From contig NW_024704742.1 in assembly GCF_018977255.1 (NCBI RefSeq), positions 87,794,001 through 87,858,000 of the forward strand: 64,000 bases of DNA, given 5' to 3'. Position 1 is the stretch's first letter; every line of letters starts with the position of its first letter. The translations under genes and the position numbers were made by a program. The notes beneath the pieces are model-generated. The model made no database searches. It saw only the letters and a program-made list of their open reading frames with translations, and was not told where the DNA came from. Below are positions 49,849-62,800 of this stretch, one piece after another. The stretch is from Callorhinchus milii. Taxonomy: Eukaryota.

Positions 49849-51168
49849 ATGTTGCAACTCAAACGAAGGCGCCAGAGCCTTTTTGCCAACTGCAAACTCG
49901 GCGAGAGCACGAGTGAGGCTCGCAGGTCCTCGACTGACCGCCTCCTGCCGCTGGCCAAGAAGTGCTCGGTGAAGCAGTGGAGCTCCCTGCAGGATCTGGG
50001 CTCTGCCATCTATGAGATCAAGTACGATGACGAATCTGAGTCAGACGAGGAGCTTCCAACCTTGCCGCAATTCAAGCCCTCCTCGCCCATCAAGAATTAC
50101 ATCCTCAACATCAACGTGGGGGGCACCAACTTCCAGATCACCTACCGGGCAGCAGCCCGCTTCCCCAAGACCAGGATTGGCCGGCTGGCCACCTACACCG
50201 ACCCCTCCAGGAAGCTAGATCTGTGCGATGACTACAGCGTGCTGAACAATGAGTATTTCTTCGATCGCGACCCCGAGGTCTTCCGGCACATTTTCAGCTT
50301 CTATAGGACGGGTGTGCTGTGGATCAAGGACGAGCTTTGCCCCAGGAATTTCCTGGAGGAGATTCACTACTGGGGCGTGAGGATCAAGAACAGCAACCGG
50401 TGCTGTAGGATCTCTTTCGAGGAAAGGCAGGACGAGCTGAACGAACAGCTGAAGTTGCAGCGGGAGCTAAAGGCAGAGATCGAGGTGGAGGAGGATGAGG
50501 AGCACTTCAGGGACATGATCTATGGCTACCAAAGGAGGATCATCTGGAACCTGATGGAGAAACCCTTCTCCTCGGTCACGGCCAAGATGATGGCAGTGGC
50601 TTCCAGCAGCTTCGTGCTAGTCTCCATTGTGGGCATGGCTATGAACACAGTGGAGGAGATGCAATACACAAGTGCAGCTGGTCAACTCAGCGGCCATACC
50701 TACATGGAGCATCTGGAGACCCTGTGCATCATTTTCTTCACCCTCGAGTACCTTCTGAGAATCTTGTGCACGCCTGACATCCGGCAGTTCACCAGAAGCG
50801 TCCTGAACACCGTTGACCTCATCGCTATCTTCCCCTTCTACCTGCAGTTGATCCTGGAGTGCTTCCTGGACGAGAACCACAAGGGCCTTGACCAGGACAT
50901 CGAGACAGTGGTCAAAGTAGGCAAAATGGGCCAAGTGCTCAGGATCATGAGGTTGATGAGGATCTTTCGGATCTTAAAGCTTGCCCGACACTCCACAGGG
51001 CTCAGGGCGTTCGGCTTTACATTGAAGCAATGCTACCAGCAGGTTGGCTGCCTCTTCCTCTTCATCGCCATGGGAATATTCTCCTTCTCTGCTCTGGTCT
51101 TCTCCGTAGAGCACGACGTTCCCGGGACCAATTTTACAAGCATACCCCATTCCTGGTGGTGGGCTGCT
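49849..51168 (+). CDS. KCNV2: KCNV2 (Kv8.2, silent/modifier voltage-gated K+ channel subunit) exon 1: T1 domain, S1-S5, pore-helix start
   Basis: T1 motifs NINVGG and EYFFDRDP; S4 [45 protein letters not shown] donor, phase 0; 440 codons. Confidence 0.97.
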
Positions 51169-53839
51169 GTGAGTACCAACTTGTGTGGTCCTGTAGCATG
51201 TTGGTTGGAGCACTCGCCTCGCAAGCGAAAGCACGCAGGTTTTATTCCCAGGCAGGGCAAAACTTTAGACAAGTTTTGTTACTCCACATGCCTTTGTTTC
51301 CCTAGTAGTAAGTAGGAACTTGGTTGTTAGTCAATTGGCGGATCGCTTTCTGGGCGCAATAATCCCTTTATAAAAAAAAATGTAGCCCACTCAATCCATG
51401 TCTGTTGGTAGGACACTGCTGTGTGCAATTGGCTGCCACTTTTCACCCACAAAACAGTCAATTCACTTCACAATATATCTGTGAAGCGCTTTGAGATGTC
51501 ACAACGACCGGTACTATTATCAAATGCAAGGATTATTATTGTTAATATTATTTCCAACTGTGAAATACTTCGGAATAATAAACATTGAGTGTAAATTTTG
51601 ACAATTATACTTTAGGGAAGACATCAGTTCTATGGAACACCATGCTCATTGTCAGCATAAATCATTCTTAAATCAGGGTTAATAATAATAATAAATAATA
51701 ATCGTTGCATTTGGTGTAGTGCCAGATCACATCATTGAGACATCTCAAAGCACTTTCCAGGATATACTGTAAAGTAGATTGACTGTATTTTGTGGGTGCT
51801 GAGTAAAGCTATCTGTCCTCTACCTAAAATGTGTTTTAACTCCAGAAAGGTACGCTTAATTGCACCAAATATGATTGAATGTTCCTCTGTTCCACTCCAG
51901 CCATTCTTAAGGCTCCTCAGAGCGAAATTGACATTGTAGAGATAATGTGTCCCCAATTATGAGACATTGTGTCTTGTCAGCACACCCAGGAACTGTATTG
52001 AAGTTCACGGATTTAACCTTAGTGGTAGTAGTGAAAACTTTAGCCTGAAGACCTTCCTCTTCGACCGTGCTTACAGTCACCTCCACTACTCCCCAGCTCA
52101 GAGACATGCTCCGTCACTGTCAAGCGCTCTGGGACTACCCTGTGTGAGGGGTTGTTGTTATCGTGAGAGGCGACAGTTATTGTCACTGGGTGTGTTAAAA
52201 GTGGAGAATAATAATGTCACATAAATCTCTATTCTCCCTACGCGAGGAAACAAATAAGATCTATGATTAGGCATAAGTATCGGATACACTTACTTCCATA
52301 ATCCTCAATGTTTTATTTATCAATTGCTATTTTCAATATTTTTCTTCATATTTAGTGCTCATTAGTCATTGGAGTTCAAAAGCTGGGCACTGAAATACTC
52401 ATGATGCAGATTAAGTGCTAAAATATTTATTGAGATACATAAAGTTGTTGTCCAGGTTCGGTATCTTGGAGCACCCAATGAATTAGTTTAAGTTTGGGTT
52501 TTAAACTAGCAAATGTGGGCAGGGTTAACCCAGTCAAGGAGCTGCCACAACCAAGGATCCTGAGGGAGCAGACAGTCTAATGAAATGCAGTGTTCATGAC
52601 ACAGCGCGAGTGGGGTTTGATATAACAGACAAGAAGGAAACAGATATGGAAGAAGATACAGTCAGTAACATAGTAACCATTTCAGGCTGGAGTAGGTAAT
52701 TGGTACATCTTGTCGACCCAACCAATAATGATAACAATCCTTCCATTTGATATAGTGCCTTATCACATTGTTGAGACGTCTCAAAGGGTTTCACAGGATA
52801 TATTGTAAAGTGAATTGACTGTGTATTTTGTGGGCGAAAGTGGCAGCCAATTGCACACAGCAGTGTCCCACAAACATTTGTGGATTGAGTGTATGAACAT
52901 ACTGCAATCAATAATTCAATATTCCTATTTCTAAATCTCATAATCCCAAATCCTCTTAACTGACAGAAATGGTCTACTTCCTTTTTAAAACGCTTTATAC
53001 AGTAGTTACTTTTCATCATCTCTGCTGGTCGTTTGTTCCACATGCCTATCAGGTTTTACTTATTAAGAAAAAACTTTATTTTCTATTCTTTTTTGCTGTC
53101 CTTACTTTTGACAGTGTGATTCCTTTTTTTCCCCCTTAATGTACCTAAATGATGTTTGGCACTTCTTTAATATTTTAGTTCCTCTGCATGTTTCTGTTTG
53201 TGCCTTGTTCTTTAGTCTTCGTGTTTTTTTTACACTTGTCCAGTTTATTTATTTCCTGTATGTGTCTATTCACACTTATTTTCCTTGTGGAGTCCTGTAG
53301 CATATTAGTTAGAGAACTCGCCTCGCAAGCGAAGGTTTGATTCCAGGATAGGGTGAAACCTTAGGCAATTTTCCTTACGTCACATGCATCTGTTTACCTA
53401 GCAGTAAGTAAGAAACCGGTTGTTAGTCGATTGGCAGATCACTTTTCCAGGGGTAATAATCCCTCGGGAAAAAAAAAATTGATTACTCAATCCACGACTG
53501 TTTATGGGACATTGCTGTGTGCCCACAAAATAGAAAGTCACTACACTTTACAGTTCACTTTATGTGAAGCGGTCTGGGACGCTACCCCATGTGAAGGGCG
53601 TTTTGTAAATACAAGTTGTTGTTGTTGTATATTCTATGAGACTTCTTAATGACTTGATGAGGTGCTATATCAAATGCAAGGATTATTATAATTAATGTAA
53701 AATGCAGCTCCCAACAGCCTTCAACTGGACAGATCCATAGTGTTTGCTCTTCAGCTGCTCAGTGTCTGAACATATTGCAGCCACTGTGTTTCCTTCTTCT
53801 GAAACTCACAACCAAAATTCCTCCACCTTGGTAATTTCA

Positions 53840-54550
53840 AAGCTATCCTTCAAACCCCACATTCGTGCTGAGACCCGTTCCGCCTTTTTCCACCTGTGCA
53901 ACATTGCCTGCCTCCACCGCTGCCTCTCACCGCATACCGACGAGAACCTGATCCATGCTTTCATTACATCCCGGCTTGACTACGCCAACTGCCTGCTTAC
54001 TTGACTTCCCAACTCTTCCCTCCACAAGCTGCAGATCATTCAGAACTCGGCAGCTCGTGTCCTCTCCCGCACCAGGCTCCGGGAACCTATCAACCCCATC
54101 CTTGCCTGGCTTCACTGGCTCCCCATCCCTCAGAATATTGAGTTTGAAACTCTTGTTCTCACCTTCAAAGCCCTTCCCGGTCTTGCTTCTCCCTACCTCT
54201 CCAACCTCCTAACCTCATATCAGCCTGTGCATTCCCTCTGCTCAGCAGACACCGACCTGCTTCAGGTCCCCCACAGTTCCCACCCCACTACTGGCGGTCA
54301 GACATTCAGCATCTCTGCTCCCACACTCTGGAACTCTATTCCGCAATCCTTCTTCCTCACCCCCTATCTTGCCTCTTTCAAGTCCCGTCTAAAGACTGTG
54401 CCTTCGACCACCCTCTCACCCCCACCACCCTGCCCTCCACCCCTCCTAACCCCCAACTCCCAGTTCGGGTCCAAAAAACCCTGATTGTCCAGCTCCCTGG
54501 GATGTCTTTCCGGCGTGAAGAGCGCTATACAAGTGTAATTTGTTGTTGTT
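53840..54550 (+). mobile_element. L2 3' fragment in the KCNV2 intron
   Basis: [17 protein letters not shown]; 3' stem-loop and TTG tail. Confidence 0.88.
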
Positions 54551-55014
54551 CTTCTCTCCCTACTTTCAAAGCTCTTTTCTAAAATCCTATCTTTTTGACC
54601 ATGCTTTTATTAATAATAATAATAATCCTGGCATTTGAACCCAACCGGGCTCCTACTTAATGCTTACTTTCCTACTTAATGTTAACAGAGGAGTGTGGAG
54701 TAAGGAAACTTTCCCAACGTTTCGCCCTGCTGGGAATTGAACCCAGGTCTTTCGGTTGCATTAACAATCAATTATTATTTGAAAACTCACGAACATCAGC
54801 CCCATATCCCAACTGCTTGAATTTGAACCATCTCTGAAGTATCCTGTAGTAGAAGAAACACTACCTTCAATTAGATTCCTTATTGTCCCTTTTTGTAGCA
54901 TTGAATATACCAAACCATTCAATGTGACCACTGGGCTTTATCTTTACCATTAGTAGGTTGTATTTTACTTTTCAGTCCTTTCCATCAGTCACCAGGCTAT
55001 GATAGCCATCACAG

Positions 55015-55563
55015 ACACAACAATAACAAATTACAGTTGTATAATGGGAGGATATCCCAAAGTGCTGGAATAGTCAAGGATGTACGCCCAAGCTGGAAGT
55101 TGGGATCAGGAGGGATGGAGGGCAGGGAGAGTAGAGGCACAAGGTTGACCGAAGGCACGGTCAAAGAGGAAGGTCTTGAAAGGGACTGTGGGATGGAGTT
55201 TCAAAGCGTGGGGACAGAAAGGCTGAAGGCCCAACCGCTGATGGTACGGCAGGCAGGGTGGAGGAACGTGGAGTAAACCAGAGTCCGCTGAGCGGAGAGA
55301 TCAGTAGGGCCAGTATGGGGTTAGCAGGTCACAGAGGTAGTGGGGAGCAAGGTTGTGGAGGGTTTTGAAAGCAAGGACAAGGATTTTGAACTTGCTTCTC
55401 TGTGTGACGGGAAGCCAGTGGAGTTGGACTAGGATGGGGGTGATAGGGTCACGGAGCCTGGTGCGGGAGATGACGCGGGCAGCAGAATTCTGAATAATCT
55501 GCAATTTGGAGGAAGATTTGGGAAGACTGACAAGCAGAGAGTTAGCGTAATCTAACCTGGATT
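55015..55563 (-). mobile_element. L2 3' fragment in the KCNV2 intron, inverted relative to 53840-54550
   Basis: SRLDYANSLL...LHWLPVTQRSKFKILVLAFK on the minus strand. Confidence 0.88.
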
Positions 55564-56403
55564 GCCAATGGGCCAATAGACTCCTGCTGTAATGTAAACT
55601 TTCCAAGCTTCTATTTACATAATTTCCTATGTCACTGTAAGTCCAATTTCACTGATGGATTCTATTCTTTCCTTCATCGCTCAGTTCTGCCTTTCTCCAT
55701 CAATTGGTTCCATGTCTTGTCACCTTGTTTCTGCTCCCAGTCAAACCCATAGTACCAAAGAAATGTACAACAAGCCTGGAGGTCATATGACTTGCTTTTT
55801 TTTGTGTTGACATTTGCTTCTTCAAGAGGGCAACCATCCTAATTCCAGTTCCCTATTCTATCCCTGAATCATATAATACCCTCCTCCTGGATTTACTTAG
55901 TTGTGTTTTGGCTTTACCTCAGAAATCTCCAATTATTACCCTATATTTTCCATCTCTATATCTGTGGCCACCTAGCAGATGCTATCATAAAGCCATGCTC
56001 GTAACCCTTCTACACCCATTGGAAGGAAATGACAATTCCTTACTCTGTGTTGTATGGCAGGAATACTTGTTAAAAACAACAAAATTACATTTACGTATAT
56101 ATACACCCTTCAAGTCGGAAGGACGTCCCAAAGTCATTGTCCCAAAACGCCTATGTGCATGAATAATAATAATAATCCTTGCATTTGATATAGCGCCTTA
56201 ATCACATCATTGAGACATCTCAAAGCGCTTCATAGAGTACACTGTAAAGTGAATTGACTGTGTTTTGTGGATGAAATGCAGCAGCCAATTATGCACAGCA
56301 ATGTCCCACAAAGAGTCATTGATTGAGTGACCATAATTTAATTTTTTTGCATGAACATATTTTTAAAGAGTACCATCTGAGTGAGGATTTTCTTTGATTG
56401 CAG

Positions 56404-56679
56404 GTCAGCATCTCCACAGTAGGCTACGGAGATGTGTATCCAGAAACTTTCCTGGGAAGGTTTTTCGCATTTGGCTGCATTGCTTTTGGGATCATCTTAA
56501 ACGGCATGCCAATCTCCATCCTGTACAATAAATTCTCAGACTACTACACAAAGCTCAAAAGCAACGAATACACAACAAAACAGCAGCAGAGAGGCCAGAT
56601 TAACTTTTCAGATAGAGCAATGAGGAAGATAGCTGAATGCTGTGGAGGGGTCCCTCATCACCTCCTGCCAAGAGAGTAG
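56404..56679 (+). CDS. KCNV2: KCNV2 exon 2: TVGYGD selectivity filter, S6, C-terminus
   Basis: TGCAG acceptor; [49 protein letters not shown]6 GMPI instead of PVP, typical of KvS subunits; total 531 aa. Confidence 0.97.
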   Translation, partial: VSISTVGYGDVYPETFLGRFFAFGCIAFGIILNGMPISILYNKFSDYYTKLKSNEYTTKQQQRGQINFSDRAMRKIAECCGGVPHHLLPRE

Positions 56680-56826
56680 TAAATTCCCCTGGGAAAGACG
56701 GTGAAAGTGGTGTGTGCTTTTCACTGTCAAGAGATACGACAGGGATCTTGATAAAACCTTCCATCAGCACAATTCAAGGAAAAGATCAAGACGATATCCT
56801 CAATATTGTGTCTTGAAAGGGAAGGA

Positions 56827-56846
56827 AATAAAGAGAAGAGAATAAA
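56827..56846 (+). terminator. Candidate KCNV2 polyadenylation signals (two AATAAA)
   Basis: AATAAA at 56827 and 56841, about 150 nt after the stop; actual usage unknown. Confidence 0.35.
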
Positions 56847-59800
56847 GAGAAGTCTTCTGAATAGTTTCCGAGCTTATAGGTCTTAGATTTTTTTGGATAT
56901 TAGCCTGAGGGACAGCCCAGATACAATACATAAATACAATACAAATTTACATTTATACAGCGCCTTCCACGTCGGGAGGATGTCTCAAGGGGCTTGGCAG
57001 TCCTATCTTGACACCTGAACTGGGGACATGAAGCAGGTTGGTGCCCACCGAGCGAAGGGATTGGCTGGGTTGGTAAGATTTGAGGAGGTATTAGAGATAA
57101 GATGGGCAAGACCATGGAGGGATTTTGGAAGGATTTGAAAGTGAGGACGAGGATCTTGACTTCAATGTATTGGATAGAGCTGCAGCTTACGCAATAAGCT
57201 GCTTGTTTGAGTCCCAGTCCGAGATCGAAAGGTGAGGTCTTTAATTATTCAATGCCCCTGATGGTTGTGACAGTACTGTTTTTTTGCACACTTACCATGG
57301 ATAAGTTTAAACATGCTGTAGTCCAAAATGTATCTATTTTCTCAAAGTGTACTAAGCTGTACTGAGATTTCTGCTTGAATGAATTATGGCAGTCTCCATT
57401 AATGAATTCCTACCACCTTGAGGTTTTTTTTTGCCTGATTTTGATTCTGCAGCATCTAGAAATTCTGACAGTCACATACCTTTGCCAGTTCGACTTTCTC
57501 AAAAGTTAAAAATGTTTTTTAAAAAAAAGCTAGCTTAGTTGGTAGCACTGGGTCAGCAGGGTGTGGGTTCAATCTCCACAAGAAGCTTTGAGCACCTCTG
57601 CTGATGCTCCAGTGTTGTGCTCCATTCTTGGAGGTGTTCTGTACAGTCCCTTGAATGTCTTTCTCCTGTTGAAGTCCTGTAGTTTAGCCTATTGATTAGC
57701 GCACTCGCCTCGCAAGTGAAAGGACCCGGGTTTGATTCTCGGGCAAGGTGAAACTTTAGGCATGTTTTGTTACTCCACATGTCTCTTTTTACCTAGCAAT
57801 AAGTGGAAACACTGTTGTTTGTTGATTGGCGGATTGCTTTCCGGGAGTAATGATCACTCAAAAAACAATTGAGTCACTCAATCCACAATTGTTTGTGGGA
57901 TACTGCTGTGTGCAATTGGCTGCTACGTTTCCCCCACAAAATACACAGTCAATTCAATTTACAGTATATTCTGTAAAACTCTTTGAGACATTTTAATTAC
58001 ATGATGCAGCGCTATATCAAATGCAAGGAATATTATTATTTTGACATTGAGAAGCCAAGATTTTCAAATGGCCTTTGGTAAAGTGCTGAATGGGAAGTTA
58101 GTTTCCAAGCAAGTATCAAGTGGGTTGAAGGGCCTTCTTCCTCTGGTAGTGTGAGAGTTTAATTAACTTGTTTGCAATTTGAGTGAGAGAGGCATAGTGA
58201 TGGCATCTATTAATTTAGATAAGTTCATTTAAATTCCTTGATACTGCCAAGATCAATAATTTACCTGGGCTGCTTTCTTCACGCTTTTAAGAGTTCTGAT
58301 AAGGCGCTACATCAAATACACGGATAATTATTATTCTTATTATTGAACGGGATGCCTGCTGAAGTGAATGATCCCACTGCACTATTTTGAAAAGTGGCAG
58401 GTGTTCTGGGTAACAATCCTCCAGATTAATTGGATATTCACTTCATGGCTGTTTGTGGGCCCCCTATGTTGGAGCATACAACTGCTCAGTTGGTTTTCAT
58501 TGCACCTGATAACAATTACCTGTGAAACACTTACGATGTTATGGTAAAAAGTATGTTTTTTTTCACCTCACATCTAAATACTAAAAGTTGAGATAATTTC
58601 CCCAGTGACAAACATTCTTGAGAATGTTGGCAGAACATAAAGTATTTATTTTGACTATTTTTATCATCTTATCCTCAGGCTGAGTGATGGATACAGTGTC
58701 TGTTTCACAGCCAAATCAGTAATTGTGTCACTGCAGAGGGACTGGGATTGATCCAGATTGGATGTGTTGGCATTGAAGGGTGGATTCAGTACAATTATGA
58801 TGGATATTGGAGGAAGTCAATGTAAAATTGTGCAACTCAAGGAACTTTTTAATTAAAATCTGAAGCAATTTAATGTAACTGGGTCAGTGCTGTACCTTGA
58901 GTATAATTTTTTTAAAAAAATGAAATAAATGATTCTGTATTATAATCGAGTGAAGTACACGTGACTTGCTGCCATAAAACGGTTGGTACAAAATACAACA
59001 CAATTCACAGTTACATAGTGACTTTGAACCATTCCTCTTGTAACATAATGCGCTGACGTGCAGCGACATGGCTTGTGTTTAACAAGCAATCAAATTCACA
59101 AATCTTACTGGAGGAACGATGCACCGAGGAATCATGCAGTAACTAGTGATCTGAACCATTAGCAAAAACACTCCCATGCATCGAGCTGCTTTTTTGACGC
59201 AGAGATCAGACAAGGCTGACACTCCAATGCAATGCTGGTGGAGCGCCTCATATGTGATGGAAGGAGTCAAGCCAAGAGGTGTTAAAAATCCCATGGCACT
59301 ATTTGGGATTTTCACCACTTTCCAACCAATCCCCAGGTAAAGGTGATTCACTCCATGGCTGTTTTTGGGACATTGCTTTGTGAGTTTGTGCACAAAATAT
59401 ACTAAGATACAAAGTTACTACACTTTATAGTAAAAACGTGAAGCACTTTAAAACAGTCTATAACGCAATATCAAATACAATATAAGACTTATTATTGTTC
59501 CACTTGACTCTTCAGAGTATGATCTGCTGTGTCAAGTACAATACAAATTTACGTTTATATAGCACCTTTCATGTTGGAAGGACTCCCCAAATATAACAAT
59601 AATCCTTGCATTTAGTAGAGCATGTTTCAATCAGAAGGCTGTCACAAAATGCTTCACAAGATTTACTGTGATGTAGAGTAACATTGTTGTGCACAAATTG
59701 GCCGCTGCATTATAGGAGGAAGCAAGTGCAGTGTCAAAAAGTTTCTTACATTTCTGTTATAAAGAGTAACTGTTCTCCTTGTGTGTCTCCCAGGCTCAGT

Positions 59801-62800
59801 GGCTTGCTAGGCCATTTCCCAGGGCATTAGGAGTCAACTACACAGTGTGAGTCAGAAGATTGGGGGTTCAAGCCCCATGTCGTGACATGAACTCATATAG
59901 TCTAAATTGACAACTGCAGCAGCCAATTTGTGCACAGCAGTGTCCCACAAACAACCATCAATTAAATGACCAATTTTTTTTATTTGGAGAATTGTTGGCC
60001 AGGACATTGGGAGAAACACTCTTCTCACTTCAATTAGTGCCATAGGATCTTTAATATCCACCTGAAAAGGCAGACAGAGCCTTAGTTTAATATCTCATTC
60101 AAAGGTCAGCGCTTCCGACAATGCAACTCACCCCCAGACTGCAGTGGAGTGTCAGCTTAGATTACGTGAGTTCAAGTCTTGATGTGGGGCTTGAACCCAC
60201 AACCTTCTGATGCAGAGGGCTACCACTGAGTCAGGCTGATAATGAGAACAGTCACGTTTATTAGCTGAAAATTTAAGAAATGTTTTGACTCCGCATTTGC
60301 TTCCTCCTGTGTGCTCTGTCTGATGTCTGTGTGAAGCTCGGTTGAAATTTCACTCTGCTTATCCAGTTAAAAAAGTACCACATCAGTAACTAATGTTCAG
60401 CCTGTAAGGCTGCCTTTCAATCAGACGTGGGGGCACAGGACAATGACATAATTTGCTCTGCCGGACTCCTACTCCCACTTGAAGCAATGAAGCCATTGTA
60501 CTGACTGTCAACCTTGCTCAGAAAGAGACGCTTTCTTTCTAAAAGCTGAAATCTCAGATCATCGCCACTAACATTCCCACTTTCAGTTCTCAAGAATTCT
60601 TTGCCTGAGACATTCTCTGACATACACTAATTCTGGTAATGAGTGGAGGCAGAGGACATTGCAGCGTATTTCTAATTACTGAAACAAATAAGAATATTTA
60701 ATTGTACTATTCTACACATGACTGCAGTCCCACACTGTGTAGTTGACTCCTAATGCCCTGGGAAATGGCCTAGCAAGCCGCTGAAGACAATAACAACCTG
60801 CATTTACACACTGCCCCTCAGGGTAGAATCCAAGCAAGCTTGACAGTGGCAGTACACAACGCCAAGTCAGGAGGAGGTGACCATAAGGACGGTCGAAGAA
60901 GAAGGTCTTCAGTTGCGACTTGAAGATGGGGAAGGAGGGGGAAGATTGAGGGATTGAGGTAGAGTGTTCAGAGTTTTGGGACATAGTGGCTGAAAGCATG
61001 GCCACTGAAGGTGGAACGGATGAGACAAGGGACAAGCAGGAGGCCGGAGGCCAGTCGAGTGGTGGCAACAGGTGGTAGCAAGACAACAAGCATCACCCAC
61101 ATCCCAAGATGAATAAAAAAGCGTTGGCAGCTGCCGTCCAAGATCCACTTCATGTGGCCATTCTTTCTCTGTTAACCTAGTTATCAAGTCCAGTCCTAGC
61201 AAAATTGTTCACATGGGTCAGCCTGAGTCCTCTCTATAAGTCAGTGTGTGAAAGTTCATAGACATTACAAGATCCCATGGCATTATTCGAAAGAGAAGAG
61301 TTCCTCCCAGTGTCTTAGCCAAAAATCCTCCAGATAAAATTGGTCACTCACTTCATGGCTGTTTGTGGGACATTGTCAAGCACAAATCTGCTGCCGCGTT
61401 TGCCTACAAAATACAGTCACTACACTTTACAGTAAATCCTGTGAAGCACTTTGAGACATCTCGATGACTTGGTAGCTCATATATCAAATGCAAGAATTAT
61501 TATTATTATATGTGAGCATATAATGTGTTTTTTTGGTGAGGCTGAAAACGCTGATAGTTTCTCGTTGAATTCTGCGGTACTGATTCAGGAGTAAGAAGAT
61601 GGTGATCTGTACACTTGTAAAATGACAGAGACAGCTTTTTATTCACAAAGTGAAGGAAAACCTTCAGACTGAATGTTCCCATGTTTGCCCTTGAAGCACA
61701 GCCTAATCAGAATTCTACACCCACGATGTGCAATTTACTGATTGTTAAGAAGGCATGTTTCTTTGTAAACCCCCGTTAAATCTTACAGCCTCTTTAAATC
61801 AAGTAGATGATTAATGGGCTCCATCCTTGGACAAGACTAATCTATTTAACTAAAATCATTAATTACTACCTTGCTGTTAAGTGTCTATTGATAATTCCTC
61901 TCTCTCCCTCCCCTCTCCTGTTACCACATCAAATCTGTCAAGAAATGTCACATTTTGCAACCCTTACATCTAAGTCATAATACGAGTGGCCCAAGAATAA
62001 CAGTTAGCACATCTTGTTTGTGCTGTCTGGTGGCTTCACAGCTGGAGTTTTAGTCTGTAGTTGTAAATAAAATCATCTACAATACATTCGGTGCTTTAGG
62101 GGCAATTGTGTCACAAATGGCTGTATCCAATGCATTCCCAGCTCTCTGTATTTATTCATTGCCCTTTTCCTTGATTAACTTGAATGTGAATTAAATCATT
62201 GCAATTTGATTATACGTATCTGTCTGTGCCTTTCATCTCTGCATCAGTCGCTAATCTTTGAAGATACTCATTAATTATAAATTCTTATTTAATGCCAATT
62301 AAACAATTCTGCAGCACCCAAAATAAGAGGGCTTCAACATGCCAAGACGAGTTTATTATATACTCTTGCGGAAACCCATGGTATTGATGTCACGGTCAAT
62401 TAAATCCAGGATTAAATCCAAGTAATTAAATGCTTCCTGTAATCTTGTAGTAATGCATAGTAACACAATTACAAGTAATCAGGTCCCAGGTTTGAAGAAA
62501 CTCATGAACACCTCATAGCCTGAAGTGGAGTAGTTTCAAAATCTGAATCTCCAGAATTTAAACCTAATAATAATAGTAATAATCCTTGTATTTGATGTAG
62601 CACCTTATCACACTGTTATTATAACATAATATTATATTAATTGTTATGTTATAAGGAATTGTGAGGGATGCCCCAAGAAGGAAGTAAATATAAAATGATG
62701 CGCTAGTTTGTAAATTGACAACAAATATTTTGATATTCAACGTTTCTTTAGAAAATGAAAAATCCAGGCCAGTGATTGGATTATAATTTATAATTCGCCT

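Noticed and set aside
49849..51315. 488-aa single-exon KCNV2 ORF from the track
   Set aside because: The last 48 codons are intron/SINE read-through; the true frame splices at 51168 to 56404, which supplies the GYG filter and S6.
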